Shown here in pieces: positions 43,285 to 56,912 of a stretch of DNA of 64,000 nucleotides (position 1 is the stretch's first letter; each line of letters starts with the position of its first letter). The DNA comes from an uncultured bacterium (GTDB lineage: Bacteria; Methylomirabilota; Methylomirabilia; Methylomirabilales; JACQHM01). The notes beneath the pieces were generated by a model. The model did no database searches. It was given only the letters and a program-made list of their open reading frames with translations, and was not told the origin of the DNA. The translations under genes were made by a program, and so were the position numbers. The stretch covers positions 7,758-71,757 of the forward strand of contig CAZHST010000013.1 of assembly GCA_964535215.1 (NCBI GenBank). Direction: 5' to 3'.

Positions 43285-45879
43285 ATGCGATCAGGAATGG
43301 CAACCGGGTACGATTTCAAGACCATCGAGGTCAAGTGGCAGCGGATCTGGGAACAGACCAGGGCCTTTAAGGCCAGTGAGGACCGCTCCAAACCGAAGTA
43401 CTACTGCTTGGAGATGTACCCCTATCCTTCAGGGAAGATCCATATGGGCCATGTGCGAAACTACTCTATCGGTGATGTGGTGGCCCGGTACTTCCGGATG
43501 AGAGGGTACAACGTGCTCCACCCAATGGGCTGGGACGCGTTTGGCCTCCCGGCGGAAAACGCCGCCATCGAGCATGGCATCCACCCGGCCGCCTGGACCT
43601 ATGACAACATTGCCTATATGAGGACCCAGCTTAAAAGGATGGGGTTCTCTTATGATTGGGACCTGGAGTTTGCCTGCTCAGATCCCGAATATTACCGCTG
43701 GAATCAGTGGTTTTTCCTAAAGCTCTACGAGAAGGGACTGGCTTATAAGAAGCCGGCCTTTGTGAACTGGTGCGAAAGGTGTCAGACCGTCCTGGCCAAC
43801 GAGCAGGCCGAGGGAGGGGTCTGCTGGCGACATGAGGACACCCCCGTCATCCAGAAGGAGCTGGACCAATGGTTCCTCAAGATCACCGCTTACGCGGAGG
43901 AGCTGTTGAACGATCTCGACAGGCTGGACGGATGGCCCGAACGGGTCAAGGTGATGCAGCGAAACTGGATCGGGAAAAGTGTCGGGGCTGAGGTGGAGTT
44001 CCCTCTGGCCTCTGGGCAGGGCTCCATTACCATCTTCACCACCAGACAGGATACCCTTTACGGGGCGACCTTCATGGTGTTGGCCCCTGAACACCCTCTG
44101 GCCGAAATCCTCTCGGTTGGCCCCTTCCGGGAAAAGGCCCTGGCCTTTATCACCCGGATGCGGCGGGAGGATAAAGCGGTCCGTACCTCGGTGGAGGTGG
44201 AGAAGGAAGGGGTCTTCACCGGATCCTACGCCATCAACCCCCTGACCGAGGAGCTGATCCCGATCTACCTGGCAAACTTTGTCCTCATGGAGTACGGGAC
44301 AGGAGCCATCATGGCCGTCCCGGCCCATGACCAGCGGGACTACGAATTTGCCAGGAAGTATCAGCTTCCCCTTCGGGTCGTCATCCAGCCTCCTCAGGGG
44401 CTCTCCCCGGAAGCCATGGACAAGGCTTACGAAGGGGAGGGGGTGATGGTTAACTCGGGTCCCTTCACGGGTCTCGCCAGCGAGCAGGGCAGGGAAGCCA
44501 TCGTCCGGTACCTGGAGGAGAAAGGGATCGGGAGGCGAGCGGTCCACTATCGCCTCCGGGACTGGGGGATCTCCCGGCAGCGGTACTGGGGGACGCCCAT
44601 CCCAATCATCTACTGTGCCTCCTGCGGCACGGTCCCGGTCCCCTACAACGATCTCCCGGTCCGTCTCCCCATGGAGGTCAAGATCACCTTGATGGGAGGC
44701 TCCCCGCTGGCGAATGTCCCCGAGTTCGTCAACGTCCCATGCCCGAGCTGCCAAAGACCGGCCCGCCGGGAGACGGATACTATGGATACCTTTGTAGACT
44801 CCTCCTGGTACTTCCTCCGGTTCTGCAGTCCCCATGCCACCGATCTCCCCATTGATCCCGAGAAGGCCCGGTACTGGATGCCCGTGGACCAGTATATTGG
44901 TGGGATTGAGCATGCCGTCCTTCATCTCCTCTATGCCCGCTTCTTCACCAAGGTCCTCCGGGATCTGGGTTTGATTCAAGTGGATGAGCCGTTCCGAAAC
45001 CTCCTCACCCAGGGGATGGTCTGCAAGGAGACCTACCGGTGCCTGACCCATGGCTACCGGTTTCCGGAAGAGGTGGATCGGGAAAAGCGGTGTCGGGAGT
45101 GCCAGCTCCCCGTTGAGATCGGGCGGACCGAGAAGATGTCCAAGTCCAAGAAAAACGTCGTGGACCCCGATGACCTGATTGAACGATACGGGGCGGACAC
45201 CGCAAGGCTCTTCTGCCTTTTTGCCGCTCCCCCTGAAAAGGACCTGGAGTGGTCCGATCAAGGGGTGGAGGGCTGTTTCCGGTTCCTGAACCGGATCTGG
45301 CGACTTGTCGAGGAACACGCCGAAAGGCTTCAACGCCCTCTCCAGCCGATCCCGCTGAAGGCCCTCACGACGGGGAGAGAGCTCTTGAGGAAGGCCCACC
45401 AGACCATTAAAAAGGTCACCGAGGATATCGAGAACGAGTTTCACTTCAACACGGCCATCAGCGCATTGATGGAGCTGGTGAATGCCCTCTCCCACTTTGA
45501 TCCGGATGGGGATCCTGAAACGGCCCATGAGAGGTCCTTCGTCTTCAAGTTCACGCTGGAGACCGTTCTCCGGATCCTTGCCCCCTTCGCCCCTCACATC
45601 GCTGAGGAGCTGTGGCAGAGGCTTGGACATGAGAGGAGCATCTTTGCGGAGCCTTGGCCCAGTTATGACCCCGAAGCCCTCCTGGCCGAGGAGATGGTGA
45701 TCGTCGTCCAGGTGGATGGGAAGCTTCGAGCCCGTCTCTCCCTCCCGGCCTCAAGCGATGAGGCGACGATCAAACAGGCGGCCCTGGAGGATCGTAAGAT
45801 CCAACAGTGGCTAAAGGGGAGAGAGGTCAAGCAGGTGGTGGTCGTCCCCAAACGACTCGTCAATATCGTCACCTCGTAG
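43285..45879 (+). CDS. leuS: Leucine--tRNA ligase
   Basis: [12 protein letters not shown] (HIGH-like), [25 protein letters not shown] and KMSKSK; alternative start at ATG 43297. Confidence 0.98.
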   Translation: MRSGMATGYDFKTIEVKWQRIWEQTRAFKASEDRSKPKYYCLEMYPYPSGKIHMGHVRNYSIGDVVARYFRMRGYNVLHPMGWDAFGLPAENAAIEHGIHPAAWTYDNIAYMRTQLKRMGFSYDWDLEFACSDPEYYRWNQWFFLKLYEKGLAYKKPAFVNWCERCQTVLANEQAEGGVCWRHEDTPVIQKELDQWFLKITAYAEELLNDLDRLDGWPERVKVMQRNWIGKSVGAEVEFPLASGQGSITIFTTRQDTLYGATFMVLAPEHPLAEILSVGPFREKALAFITRMRREDKAVRTSVEVEKEGVFTGSYAINPLTEELIPIYLANFVLMEYGTGAIMAVPAHDQRDYEFARKYQLPLRVVIQPPQGLSPEAMDKAYEGEGVMVNSGPFTGLASEQGREAIVRYLEEKGIGRRAVHYRLRDWGISRQRYWGTPIPIIYCASCGTVPVPYNDLPVRLPMEVKITLMGGSPLANVPEFVNVPCPSCQRPARRETDTMDTFVDSSWYFLRFCSPHATDLPIDPEKARYWMPVDQYIGGIEHAVLHLLYARFFTKVLRDLGLIQVDEPFRNLLTQGMVCKETYRCLTHGYRFPEEVDREKRCRECQLPVEIGRTEKMSKSKKNVVDPDDLIERYGADTARLFCLFAAPPEKDLEWSDQGVEGCFRFLNRIWRLVEEHAERLQRPLQPIPLKALTTGRELLRKAHQTIKKVTEDIENEFHFNTAISALMELVNALSHFDPDGDPETAHERSFVFKFTLETVLRILAPFAPHIAEELWQRLGHERSIFAEPWPSYDPEALLAEEMVIVVQVDGKLRARLSLPASSDEATIKQAALEDRKIQQWLKGREVKQVVVVPKRLVNIVTS

Positions 45880-45892
45880 GGTTTTCGGGAAG

Positions 45893-46402
45893 ATGGGGTC
45901 GGCTCTCCGGAAGGTTGGATTCCCCGTCCTGGGGCTGTTCCTCACAATGGCCGCCTGCGCCTACCGGCCCGCCGGAAGGCTTCCCTTGGTCAGGACCTTT
46001 GCCTTGGTTCCGTTCACAAACGAGACCTTCAAACCGGGGCTTCAGGCGGCCCTCCACTCGGCGATCCTCGACGAGCTGGGGCGGGATCCAGCCATCAGGC
46101 TCGAGGCGCCTGAGACCGCCGATGCCCTGTTAGAAGGAACCATCGCGGGGTATACAAATGATGGGATTGGCTTCGATGAACAGGATATCGCCAGGCGCTT
46201 CCGGGTCCAGATCCGTCTCCGTCTGATCATCCGGGATCGTCAGAGCAAGGCTGTTCTCCTGATGGAGGATCTGGTGGGGGAGGCCCTCTACACGGCTGGA
46301 CCGTCGGTGACGACGACGAAGGCTGCCGAGGCAAATGCCCTCCAGCAAGCGGCCTTGGACGTGGCAAGACAGGTTCGGTTCTGGGTCAACAGGGGATTGT
46401 GA
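45893..46402 (+). CDS. lptE: LPS assembly lipoprotein LptE-like
   Basis: Lipobox-like MAAC; conserved leuS-lptE-holA order. Confidence 0.7.
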   Translation: MGSALRKVGFPVLGLFLTMAACAYRPAGRLPLVRTFALVPFTNETFKPGLQAALHSAILDELGRDPAIRLEAPETADALLEGTIAGYTNDGIGFDEQDIARRFRVQIRLRLIIRDRQSKAVLLMEDLVGEALYTAGPSVTTTKAAEANALQQAALDVARQVRFWVNRGL

Positions 46403-47400
46403 GCGAAAGGATGGCGACCTATCCGGAAGTGCTTCGCGACATCCGCCGGGGCCGGGTCGCCCCGGCGTATTATCTTTATGGCGAAGAACTCTTGGTGGCG
46501 GAGGCCCTGGAGGCCTTGTTGGAGGCCCTCGTTCCCGCGGAAGGTCGGGAGTTTAACCTTGAGGTCCTCCACGGCAACGAAGGGACCCTGGGCGTGATCT
46601 TGCAGGCGGTAAGAATCCCTCCAATCTTCTCCCCGCGACGGGTGATCTTCGTCAAAGAGGCTGATCAGATGGGCCTCGCTTCTTTCCAAGAGCTGGCCTC
46701 CTATGTGGAGAACCCCGTCCCGACAACCACCCTGATCCTAGCCGGGAAAAAGCCTGACATGAGAACCCGGTTGTTCAAGGTGCTGGAGCGGAGGGGGGGA
46801 CTCCTTTCATTTGAGGCTCCTAAAAGGGATTCCCTTAAGGAGTGGTTGAAGAAATCGGCATCGAAGCTCGGGAAGACCTTGACCCCAGAGGCCTCGGACC
46901 TCCTGTTAGAGCTTGTTGGCGAAGAGCTCCAATCTCTGCACAACGAACTTGAGAAAGTTTGTCTCTTTATCGGGGATGGAACGCAGATTCAAAGGGAGCA
47001 TGTTGAAGCCTTAGTGGACGAACAGCGATCCTTAAGCGTCTTTCAACTGGTTGAAGCCGTCAGCGGTCGACAGCTTGAAGCCTCTTTCCGTTGCCTGTCC
47101 CGTCTCCTGGAAGCTGGTGAGGACCCCATGGCAATCCTGGGGATGCTGGCCCGCCAAATCCGACTGCTTTTAAAGGTCCAAGAGCTCCAACGGCGGAGGG
47201 CGACGGTGGATGAGCTTCAAGACAGTTTAAGGGTTTATCCCCGCTACCTTGGGAGCCTTCTCCAACAGGCCCAAGCATTTCCCCAGGTTAGGCTTCAAGC
47301 CAGTCTGGGAAGGCTCCTCCAGGCTGATCGTGAACTGAAAGGGGGCGGGGACAAGCGTCTGATCCTGGAGCGGCTGGTGGTGGACCTTTGCAAAGGCTAG
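46399..47400 (+). CDS. holA: DNA polymerase III delta subunit
   Basis: YYLYGEE, PIF..RRVI.VK, ELEK..LF and R.L.AD..LK; position after leuS-lptE. Confidence 0.88.
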   Translation: MSERMATYPEVLRDIRRGRVAPAYYLYGEELLVAEALEALLEALVPAEGREFNLEVLHGNEGTLGVILQAVRIPPIFSPRRVIFVKEADQMGLASFQELASYVENPVPTTTLILAGKKPDMRTRLFKVLERRGGLLSFEAPKRDSLKEWLKKSASKLGKTLTPEASDLLLELVGEELQSLHNELEKVCLFIGDGTQIQREHVEALVDEQRSLSVFQLVEAVSGRQLEASFRCLSRLLEAGEDPMAILGMLARQIRLLLKVQELQRRRATVDELQDSLRVYPRYLGSLLQQAQAFPQVRLQASLGRLLQADRELKGGGDKRLILERLVVDLCKG

Positions 47401-47675
47401 GACATGATGGAGAGCTTCAGGGCGTTCACCTGGCGGGTAAGTCTTGATTTGTAGCGGGCCGCTGTGTTTTTATGGGCGATCCCTTTTGCAACAGCTTTAT
47501 CAATGATTGGGATCGCGTGGGCGAGAGCTTCCTGGGCCTTGCCAAGATCGCCCGAGGCGATCCCGGCCCGTACCTTCTTGATCGCTGTCCGGAGGGCACT
47601 TCTGGCTGCGTGGTTTCGCATCCTCCGTCGCTCATTCACCCGCATCTGTTTGAGAGCTGATTTTGTTCTTGGCAT
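47397..47675 (-). CDS. rpsT: 30S ribosomal protein S20
   Basis: MPRTKSALKQMRVNERRR.RN...S.LRT.IKK and IDKA..KG..HKN.AAR.KSRL; ATG 47675 with SD. Confidence 0.96.
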   Translation of the reverse strand: MPRTKSALKQMRVNERRRMRNHAARSALRTAIKKVRAGIASGDLGKAQEALAHAIPIIDKAVAKGIAHKNTAARYKSRLTRQVNALKLSIMS

Positions 47676-47776
47676 CTCCTCCCCTCTCTGTAGAGATTTA
47701 GCCTTATTTACCAAGGAAGAGGCTCCGATGTCAAGCTTTTTTGCAGGGCCTGGTGTTCGCCCTTTGGGAAAGATGC

Positions 47777-49372
47777 ATGCTTGACGGGAAGGGTAAAATT
47801 GCCCGGGCGGTCGGCGTCATCAGCGCCGCGACCTTTTTGAGCCGTATCTTAGGCTTTATCCGGGACATGGTGGTGGCGAAGGCCTTCGGGGCAGGCATGG
47901 CAACCGATTCCTTCTTCGTGGCCTTCCGGCTGCCGAATATGTTCCGGGAACTCCTGGGGGAGGGGGCCCTTTCGGCTTCCTTCGTTCCTGTCTTTGCGGA
48001 ACGACTTCTCGTGGGGAGAAAGGAGGCCTGGGAGCTGGCCAGGAAGACCTTAACGCTTTTAGGCCTCCTCCTCCTTGCCGTCTCGCTCGTGGGTGTCCTC
48101 CTCGCCCCGATCCTGGTCAGGATCCTTGCCCCTGGTTTCTCGACCGTTCCTGAGAAGCTTTCGCTCACCATCCGGTTGACCCGCCTGATCTTCCCGTATA
48201 TCTTCTGCGTGGGCGTTGCTGCCCTCTTCATGGGTATCCTCAATGCCCTTGGACACTTTGCCACCCCTGCCCTCTCACCGGTCATGTTGAACACAAGCAT
48301 GATTGGCTCGGTCCTCTTCCTGGCCCCTCGACTTCACGAACCAATCTTTGCTTTGGCCTACGGGGTCCTGCTTGGTGGCCTTTTGCAGGTGGGCATCCAG
48401 ATCCCGATCGCCGCCCGGAAAGGGCTGCCGCTTCGCCCCATCCTCGACTTTGGGGATCCAAGCCTCCTTCGGATCGGGAGGCTTATGCTCCCGGGGACCG
48501 TTGGGTTGGCCGTCACCCAGATCAATGTGTTTATCGGAACCTTCCTCGCCTCGTTCTTAGAAGAGGGGAGCATTTCCTACTTGTACTACGCGTTCCGACT
48601 GATCCAGCTCCCCATCGGTCTCTTCGGCGTCGCCTTGGGAACAGCCCTTCTTCCGACCCTTTCTTCCCAGGCCTCCACCCGGTCGTTGGAGGAGATCAAA
48701 GGAACCCTGGTGTTTTCCGTGAGGTTTGCCTTCTTCCTGACCCTCCCTGCGATGCTGGGCTTGATCGTCTTCCGGGTCCCCATTATTGGGCTCCTGTTCG
48801 AGCGGGGAGAATTCACGAGGGTCCAAACCATGGCCACGGCCGACATCCTGCTTTTCTATAGCCTGGGGCTTATCTTTTATGTCCTGAATCGAGTGGTCAC
48901 CCCGGTGTATTACGCCTTCCAGGACACCAAGACCCCTGTCGTGATCGGTGCAGGAGCGGTTTTGTCGAACATTGCCTTTAGCCTCCTCCTCATGCCGACC
49001 CTGGGTGCCCGGGGCCTCGCCCTGGCGACATCCCTCTCTTCCTTCGTCAACTTCTTTTGGTTGGTGCGAACCCTGAAATCCAAGCTGGGTCCTCTAGGGT
49101 GGAGGAGGCAGGCCAAGGCCTTTGCCAAGATCTCCCTAGCGGCCCTCACCATTCCGCTTCTTGGCCTCATGGTCCAACCAGAACTCCTGACCACCGGTGG
49201 ATTCCAGGGAGCCCTGCGGGTGGGTGGCACCCTAGGGGTTGGAGCAATCTTCTTTCTCTTCACCGCCCGAGCCCTCAGGTGTGAGGAGTTCTACCTCCTC
49301 CGGGATCCTCTGGCTGGTAGGAGGCCGCGTCCAAGGAAGGGGGACAGCAGCACCGACGATCTTTTTGGTTGA
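47777..49372 (+). CDS. murJ: Lipid II flippase MurJ (MviN)
   Basis: SRILGF.RD...A..FGAG...D.F.VAFRLPN.FR.L.GEGA, YYA.RL.QLP.G.FG and YA.QDTKTP. Confidence 0.95.
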   Translation: MLDGKGKIARAVGVISAATFLSRILGFIRDMVVAKAFGAGMATDSFFVAFRLPNMFRELLGEGALSASFVPVFAERLLVGRKEAWELARKTLTLLGLLLLAVSLVGVLLAPILVRILAPGFSTVPEKLSLTIRLTRLIFPYIFCVGVAALFMGILNALGHFATPALSPVMLNTSMIGSVLFLAPRLHEPIFALAYGVLLGGLLQVGIQIPIAARKGLPLRPILDFGDPSLLRIGRLMLPGTVGLAVTQINVFIGTFLASFLEEGSISYLYYAFRLIQLPIGLFGVALGTALLPTLSSQASTRSLEEIKGTLVFSVRFAFFLTLPAMLGLIVFRVPIIGLLFERGEFTRVQTMATADILLFYSLGLIFYVLNRVVTPVYYAFQDTKTPVVIGAGAVLSNIAFSLLLMPTLGARGLALATSLSSFVNFFWLVRTLKSKLGPLGWRRQAKAFAKISLAALTIPLLGLMVQPELLTTGGFQGALRVGGTLGVGAIFFLFTARALRCEEFYLLRDPLAGRRPRPRKGDSSTDDLFG

Positions 49373-49459
49373 CAGCCGTGGGTGAGAATGGTACGTTATC
49401 TACCCAAATATTGAGGGTTGGAATGGGATCCCCGGTACGGGTAGGGAGGAGAGATAACC

Positions 49460-51193
49460 ATGCGAAGCGATGTTATCAAGAAGGGGTTCCAACGAGCCCC
49501 CCATCGGGCCCTTCTCCGGGCCACCGGAGTTGTTCGGAGCGAGGAGGACTTCTCCAAGCCCTTCATCGGGATTGCCAACTCCTTCGTAGAGATTATCCCA
49601 GGCCACACCCACCTCCACGCCTTGGGGCAGGTCGTCAAGGAGGCCGTCCGGGAGGCAGGGGGTCTCCCCTTCGAGTTCAACACGATCGGGGTTGATGATG
49701 GGATCGCCATGGGTCATTTTGGGATGAAGTATTCCCTCCCCAGCCGGGAGCTGATCGCCGACTCGGTCGAGACCATGGCCTTGGCCCACTGCTTCGATGG
49801 TCTAATCCTCATCGCCAACTGTGACAAGATTGTCCCGGGGATGCTCATGGCCGCCATGCGCCTTAATATCCCCTGTATCTACCTGAGCGGCGGACCTATG
49901 ATGGCGGGACGGACCAGGGATGGTCGGGTTGTTGACCTCTCGCACGTCTTCGAAGGGGTTGGGGCCTACAGCGCGGGAAAAATCGACGAGGCTACACTTA
50001 CAGACCTGGAGAAGGCTGGATGCCCTACCTGCGGCTCCTGCTCCGGAATGTTTACCGCAAACTCGATGAACTGCCTGGCAGAGGCCCTGGGTATGGCCCT
50101 TCCAGGGAATGGCACCATCCTCGCCGTTGACGAGGGGCGAAAGGAGCTGGCCCGGCAAGCCGGGAGACAGATCCTGAAGCTTATCGAGGCTGACCTCAAA
50201 CCCCGGGATATTGTGACCAGCCGTTCCATCGATAACGCGTTTATCCTGGACATGGCCATGGGAGGCTCCACGAACACGGTTCTCCACACCTTGGCCATTG
50301 CCCACGAGGCAGGGATCGAGTACCCCCTGGAGCGGATCAACCAGCTGGCCGAGTTGACCCCGTATATCTGTAAGGTAAGCCCCGCCGGTCATTACCATGT
50401 GGAGGATGTCCATCGGGCGGGGGGGATCAGCGCCATCCTAAAGGAGCTGAGCCGGAAGGAAGGGCTCCTCAACCTGGAGGCCAAAACGGTGACGTTGAAG
50501 ACCCTTGGGGAAAATATCGCTGATGCGGTTATCCGCGACGAGGACGTGATCCGGCCTTTGGAAAATGCCTACAGCCAGAAAGGTGGGCTGGCGATCCTCT
50601 TTGGAAACCTGGCCCCCGAAGGGGCGGTCCTGAAGGTAGGGGCGGTTGATCCTACGATCCAACGGCATGAAGGGCCGGCGGTGGTCTTCGAATCCCAGGA
50701 TGAGGCCTACGCCGGGATCCTGGCCGGACAGGTCAAGGCCGGGGATGTCGTCGTCATCCGGTATGAGGGGCCGAAAGGGGGTCCTGGAATGCAGGAGATG
50801 CTTGCCCCGACTTCGGCCATCGTCGGGATGGGGCTTGGGACCAAGGTGGCCCTCATCACCGATGGTCGGTTTTCTGGGGCGACAAGGGGGATCTGCGTCG
50901 GCCACATCTCCCCGGAAGCGGCGGAAGGTGGACCCATTGCGCTTGTCCAGCCAGGGGATACGATTGTTATAGACATCCCCAAGCGGTTGGTGGAGTTAAA
51001 GGTCTCGGAGGCAGAGTTAAAGAGGCGGAAGAAGGCGTGGCGGTCTCCTGGTCCAAAGGTCACCACCGGCTGGCTTGCCCGCTACAGCACGTTTGTCACG
51101 TCTGCAAGCCGAGGGGCGGTCCTCCAGGCTCCGATGGGAGCTGTTGAAAAACAACCGCTGAAGACTCGTGCCAAGAAGGAGGGGAAGGGATGA
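49460..51193 (+). CDS. ilvD: Dihydroxy-acid dehydratase
   Basis: [50 protein letters not shown] and TDGRFSG. Confidence 0.97.
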   Translation: MRSDVIKKGFQRAPHRALLRATGVVRSEEDFSKPFIGIANSFVEIIPGHTHLHALGQVVKEAVREAGGLPFEFNTIGVDDGIAMGHFGMKYSLPSRELIADSVETMALAHCFDGLILIANCDKIVPGMLMAAMRLNIPCIYLSGGPMMAGRTRDGRVVDLSHVFEGVGAYSAGKIDEATLTDLEKAGCPTCGSCSGMFTANSMNCLAEALGMALPGNGTILAVDEGRKELARQAGRQILKLIEADLKPRDIVTSRSIDNAFILDMAMGGSTNTVLHTLAIAHEAGIEYPLERINQLAELTPYICKVSPAGHYHVEDVHRAGGISAILKELSRKEGLLNLEAKTVTLKTLGENIADAVIRDEDVIRPLENAYSQKGGLAILFGNLAPEGAVLKVGAVDPTIQRHEGPAVVFESQDEAYAGILAGQVKAGDVVVIRYEGPKGGPGMQEMLAPTSAIVGMGLGTKVALITDGRFSGATRGICVGHISPEAAEGGPIALVQPGDTIVIDIPKRLVELKVSEAELKRRKKAWRSPGPKVTTGWLARYSTFVTSASRGAVLQAPMGAVEKQPLKTRAKKEGKG

Positions 51194-52920
51194 GGTTGAC
51201 AGGTTCTGAGATCCTTCTTAAGTGTCTGGTTGAGGAGGGGGTCACCACGGTCTTCGGCCATCCCGGAGGGGCCATCCTGCACACCTATGATGTCCTGCCT
51301 GAGTACCCTATCAAACACATCCTCTGCCGGCATGAGCAGGGAGCCGCCCACGCCGCGGAGGGCTACTACAAGGCAAGCGGCAAGGTGGGAACGGTCATGG
51401 TGACCTCAGGTCCCGGGGCTTGCAATACAATTACAGGGTTGACGGATGCCTTGATGGACTCCATGGCCATCGTCGTCTTCAGCGGCCAGGTCCCAACGGT
51501 GGTCATGGGCTGCGACGCCTTCCAGGAGGCGGACGTGGTGGGCACCACCAGGGCTTGTACGAAACACAACTATGTGGTCATGAAGACCGAGGATATCCCC
51601 CGGGTTGTTAAGGAGGCCTACTATATCTCGCGGTCAGGGCGGCCCGGTCCCGTCCTGGTGGATCTCCCCAAGGATATCCTCATGGGGAAAGCTGAGTTCA
51701 AAGGCTACCCTCCGGAGGTGAACATCCGAGGGTACAAGCCTACCTTACAGGGGCATCCCGGCCAGATTAAAAAAGCGGCTGACCTCATCGCTCAGGCTAA
51801 ACGCCCTGTCATTTACGGCGGTGGTGGGATCATCCACTCGGATGCCCATGCGGAGCTTCAGGAGCTGGTGGAGATCACCAAGATCCCTATCACCCTTACC
51901 CTGATGGGCCTTGGTGCATTCCCTACCAGTCATCCCCTCTGGTTGGGGATGCTGGGCATGCATGGGACCTATACCGCCAACATGGGCATGATCCACTGTG
52001 ACCTAATGATCGCCATCGGGGCCAGGTTCGACGACCGGGTGACGGGGAAGCTCTCAGAATTCGGGAAGCAGTGCAGGATCATCCACATTGACATTGATCC
52101 GACGTCTATCAGGAAAAATGTTAAGGTTGATGTTCCCATTGTGGGGGATGTCAAGCACGTGCTTGCCCAGCTCAACCACGAGTTGCGGAAGGTGGAACGG
52201 GACTGGGGAAAGGAGTTCGAGGAGTGGTATGCCGAGATCGAGGGGTGGAAGAGGAGCCATCCCCTCCGCTATGACCAGAAAGAAGGGGTCATCAAGCCCC
52301 AATACGCTATCGACACCATCATCCGAATGACCGAGGACTACGACCCCATCATCTCAACCGGGGTGGGGCAGCACCAGATGTGGGCCGCCCAGTACTACCG
52401 GGCGAGACGCCCCCGGCGGTGGCTGACCTCGGGCGGCCTAGGGACCATGGGGTACGGCTTCCCCGCGGCCATGGGGGCTCAGGCCGCCTTCCCGAAGGAT
52501 CTGGTCCTTTGCATTGATGGGGATGGAAGCTTTCAGATGACCATGCAGGAGCTTGCCGCATGCGTCCAGTATAACCTTCCGGTCAAGGTGTTTATCATCA
52601 ACAACAGGTACCTCGGGATGGTCAGGCAATGGCAAGCGCTCTTCTACGGGAAGAACTATTCGGAGGTGGATCTGGCCGTTCATCCTGACTTTGTGAAGCT
52701 GGCCGAGGCGTATGGGGCGACCGGGCTCCGGGCCGAGCGACCCGAGGAGGTGAAGGCCGTGGTGGAGAAGGCCATCGCCACCCCTGGTCCCGTTGTGGTG
52801 GACGTCGTGGTGGACCGGGAGGAGAACTGCTTTCCTATGATCCCGGCAGGGGCGGCCATTCGGGACATCCTTGACGTCGGTGATCCCATTCCCGAGAAAC
52901 TCTTCCAAGGTATCCGGTAA
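51190..52920 (+). CDS. ilvB: Acetolactate synthase large subunit
   Basis: [38 protein letters not shown] and the TPP motif GDGSFQM...NN. Confidence 0.96.
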   Translation: MRLTGSEILLKCLVEEGVTTVFGHPGGAILHTYDVLPEYPIKHILCRHEQGAAHAAEGYYKASGKVGTVMVTSGPGACNTITGLTDALMDSMAIVVFSGQVPTVVMGCDAFQEADVVGTTRACTKHNYVVMKTEDIPRVVKEAYYISRSGRPGPVLVDLPKDILMGKAEFKGYPPEVNIRGYKPTLQGHPGQIKKAADLIAQAKRPVIYGGGGIIHSDAHAELQELVEITKIPITLTLMGLGAFPTSHPLWLGMLGMHGTYTANMGMIHCDLMIAIGARFDDRVTGKLSEFGKQCRIIHIDIDPTSIRKNVKVDVPIVGDVKHVLAQLNHELRKVERDWGKEFEEWYAEIEGWKRSHPLRYDQKEGVIKPQYAIDTIIRMTEDYDPIISTGVGQHQMWAAQYYRARRPRRWLTSGGLGTMGYGFPAAMGAQAAFPKDLVLCIDGDGSFQMTMQELAACVQYNLPVKVFIINNRYLGMVRQWQALFYGKNYSEVDLAVHPDFVKLAEAYGATGLRAERPEEVKAVVEKAIATPGPVVVDVVVDREENCFPMIPAGAAIRDILDVGDPIPEKLFQGIR

Positions 52921-52933
52921 AACGGAGAAGGGT

Positions 52934-54509
<1,576 letters not shown>

Positions 54510-54548
54510 GGCTGGAGGCCAAACCTTCAGCCCCCCGTTTAGCTCCGT

Positions 54549-55559
54549 ATGGACACGGTTTCCGTCGAGGCGCTCTCAAGCGCCTTTTTTGTTAAGAAAA
54601 GCTGCGGTGAATCTTCCTCAGGGAGGGTTCCACTGATCGTTGTTGTCGGCCCCACCGCGGTCGGAAAAACCGCCTTCGCCACAGCCCTCGCCAAGGCTAT
54701 TCAGGGGGAGATCATCTCTGCCGATTCGATGCAGGTCTACCGGTTCCTGGACATTGGGACGGACAAACCCTCGTGGAAAACCCGTCAGGAGATCCCCTAT
54801 CACCTCATTGACGTCGTTGATCCCGCCGACCCGTTCACCGCTAAGGACTATGAGCGTCTAGGTCTTGCTGCCCTCGTTCAAATCTGGGGGCGGGGGAGGA
54901 TTCCTATTGTCGTCGGCGGAACCGGCCTCTACGTCCGGGCCCTCCTAAAGGGGATCTTCCCCGGACCTTCCGGTGACCAGTCCCTCCGCACAGCCCTTTA
55001 CAGAGAAGCTGAAGAGTATGGTCCTCACCACCTCCACCGTCGCCTCCAGGAGGTGGATCCTGAAGCGGCTTCCAGGATCCATCCGAACGACCTGTTCCGG
55101 ATCGTTCGGGCCCTCGAGGTTTATTTCGTGACCGGCCGTCCCATTTCAGAGCATCATCGGGAAGGTCACCGCTCCCCGTTAGAGCCTCTCGTGTATCTCG
55201 GCTTAAGGCGGGAACGGGCGGAACTTTACCGGTTGATCAACGAGCGGGTGGATCGCATGATGGCTGCAGGTTTCCTTCGTGAAGTGGAGGGTCTTCTCCA
55301 GCGTGGGTACAAAGCTGACCTGAAGCCGATGCAGGGCCTTGGCTATCGGCATCTCCTAGGATACCTCCAAGGCTGTTATTCGCTTGACACAGCCGTTGAT
55401 CTCTTCAAAAGGGATACGCGGCGCTATGCGAAACGGCAGATGACTTGGTTTTCAAAAGAGGAAGAGATCGAGTGGGTGGACATCGGGGGGTTGGAGTGGA
55501 TCCCCGATCTTGTCCGTTCCGTTAAGAAAAGCGTTGAAAAAGTTCTCGGGAAGCGTTAG
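54549..55559 (+). CDS. miaA: tRNA dimethylallyltransferase (true start uncertain)
   Basis: GPTAVGKT, EIISADSMQVYR.LDIGT.KP, VGGTGLY, HPND..RI.RALE and TRRYAKRQ.TW. Confidence 0.95.
   Translation: MDTVSVEALSSAFFVKKSCGESSSGRVPLIVVVGPTAVGKTAFATALAKAIQGEIISADSMQVYRFLDIGTDKPSWKTRQEIPYHLIDVVDPADPFTAKDYERLGLAALVQIWGRGRIPIVVGGTGLYVRALLKGIFPGPSGDQSLRTALYREAEEYGPHHLHRRLQEVDPEAASRIHPNDLFRIVRALEVYFVTGRPISEHHREGHRSPLEPLVYLGLRRERAELYRLINERVDRMMAAGFLREVEGLLQRGYKADLKPMQGLGYRHLLGYLQGCYSLDTAVDLFKRDTRRYAKRQMTWFSKEEEIEWVDIGGLEWIPDLVRSVKKSVEKVLGKR
54568..54590 (+). terminator. Putative intrinsic terminator after the ilv operon
   Basis: Stem aggcgct/agcgcct with loop ctca and a T run; a second hairpin lies at 54510-54532. 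Confidence 0.6.
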
Positions 55560-55583
55560 GATCAGAAGGGATTTCCCACTACT

Positions 55584-56912
55584 ATGGCGGCCTCGTTGCC
55601 ATCCATTGCGATCAGCCAGGCCAGGGGATTGAAGGGGGAGCTTCGAGTCCCTGGGGATAAGTCCATCACCCATCGGGCCATGATCCTCGCTTCTCTCGCC
55701 GATGGCCGGAGCGAGGTGACCGGATTTTTACGAGGGGACGATTGCCTTCGAACGGCCTCGGCCTTATCCTCTATGGGGGTCGAGATTCATGGGTTGGAAG
55801 GGGAGACCCTCTCGATTTATGGCAAGGGGTTCCACGGCTTAAAAGAGCCCCAGGGGATCCTGGACTGTGGGAACTCGGGGACGACCATCCGCCTCCTTTC
55901 CGGCCTGTTAGCCGGACAGCCTTTCTTCTCCGTCCTCACCGGCGATGGCTCGTTGCGAAAGCGGCCTATGAGGCGGGTGGTGGAGCCGTTAACGAGGATG
56001 GGGGCAACGATCCTGGGTCGTGATGGGGGCAACTTCCCGCCTTTGGCTATTCAAGGGGGTCCTCTCCGAGGGATCACCTACGAGAGCCCGGTTGCCTCTG
56101 CCCAAGTCAAATCAGCCCTCCTCCTGGCAGGTCTTTTCGCTTCCGGGGAGACGTCGGTCATAGAGCCAGCGCCGTCTAGGGATCATATGGAGCGGCTGCT
56201 TCAGGCCTTCGGGGCCTCCATCGTAAAGGATGGCACGCAGGTTACCCTCCGAGCCCCCGGGAGCCTCATCCCCCAACAGCTCCAGATCCCCGGAGACTTT
56301 TCCTCGGCCGCGTTCTTTCTCGTTGCAGCCCTCCTGATCCCCGATTCCGAGTTGATCGTTAGAGACGTAGGGGTCAACCCGACCAGGACCGGTCTGCTGG
56401 AGGCGCTCCAGGCTGCAGGAGCAGAGATCGTGGTCGAAAATCCCCGTCTGGTTTCGGGGGAGCCGGTGGCTGATCTTCGAGCAAGGACGAGCAGCTTAAA
56501 AGGTGTGGAGGTCTCAGGGGCCCTCATCCCTCGGATGATCGATGAACTGCCGGCCTTCGCCGTTGCCGCCTGCTTGGCCGACGGGGTAAGCGTGATCCGG
56601 GACGCCTCTGAACTCCGGGTGAAAGAGGTGGATCGACTTTCCGCGTTGACCTCGGAGCTCCGGAAGCTGGGGGCTCAGGTGGAAGAGCGACCTGACGGTC
56701 TCCTGATCGAAGGGGGCCATCCCCTGCGAGGGGCCGTATGCCAGAGCATGGGCGACCATCGGATGGCGATGACCCTGGCCCTGGCAGGCCTTGTCGCTGA
56801 AGGAACCACGATCATCCGGGATCCCTTTTGCGTGGATATTTCCTTTCCCGGCTTTTTTGACACCCTTGCCGCCTTGGCTCCTGGATGCCTCGCGGGGAGG
56901 GCGACCCGGTGA
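55584..56912 (+). CDS. aroA: 3-phosphoshikimate 1-carboxyvinyltransferase
   Basis: PGDKSITHR, DCGNSGT, ASAQVKSA, RDH.ER, ELRVKE.DR and DHRMAM. Confidence 0.96.
   Translation: MAASLPSIAISQARGLKGELRVPGDKSITHRAMILASLADGRSEVTGFLRGDDCLRTASALSSMGVEIHGLEGETLSIYGKGFHGLKEPQGILDCGNSGTTIRLLSGLLAGQPFFSVLTGDGSLRKRPMRRVVEPLTRMGATILGRDGGNFPPLAIQGGPLRGITYESPVASAQVKSALLLAGLFASGETSVIEPAPSRDHMERLLQAFGASIVKDGTQVTLRAPGSLIPQQLQIPGDFSSAAFFLVAALLIPDSELIVRDVGVNPTRTGLLEALQAAGAEIVVENPRLVSGEPVADLRARTSSLKGVEVSGALIPRMIDELPAFAVAACLADGVSVIRDASELRVKEVDRLSALTSELRKLGAQVEERPDGLLIEGGHPLRGAVCQSMGDHRMAMTLALAGLVAEGTTIIRDPFCVDISFPGFFDTLAALAPGCLAGRATR

Noticed and set aside
43717-45630. 637-aa minus-strand ORF
   Set aside because: Antisense shadow of leuS.
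49377-49390. gtgggtgaga half-site resembling the island enhancer, upstream of ilvD
   Set aside because: Only a half-site and no -24/-12 element nearby.
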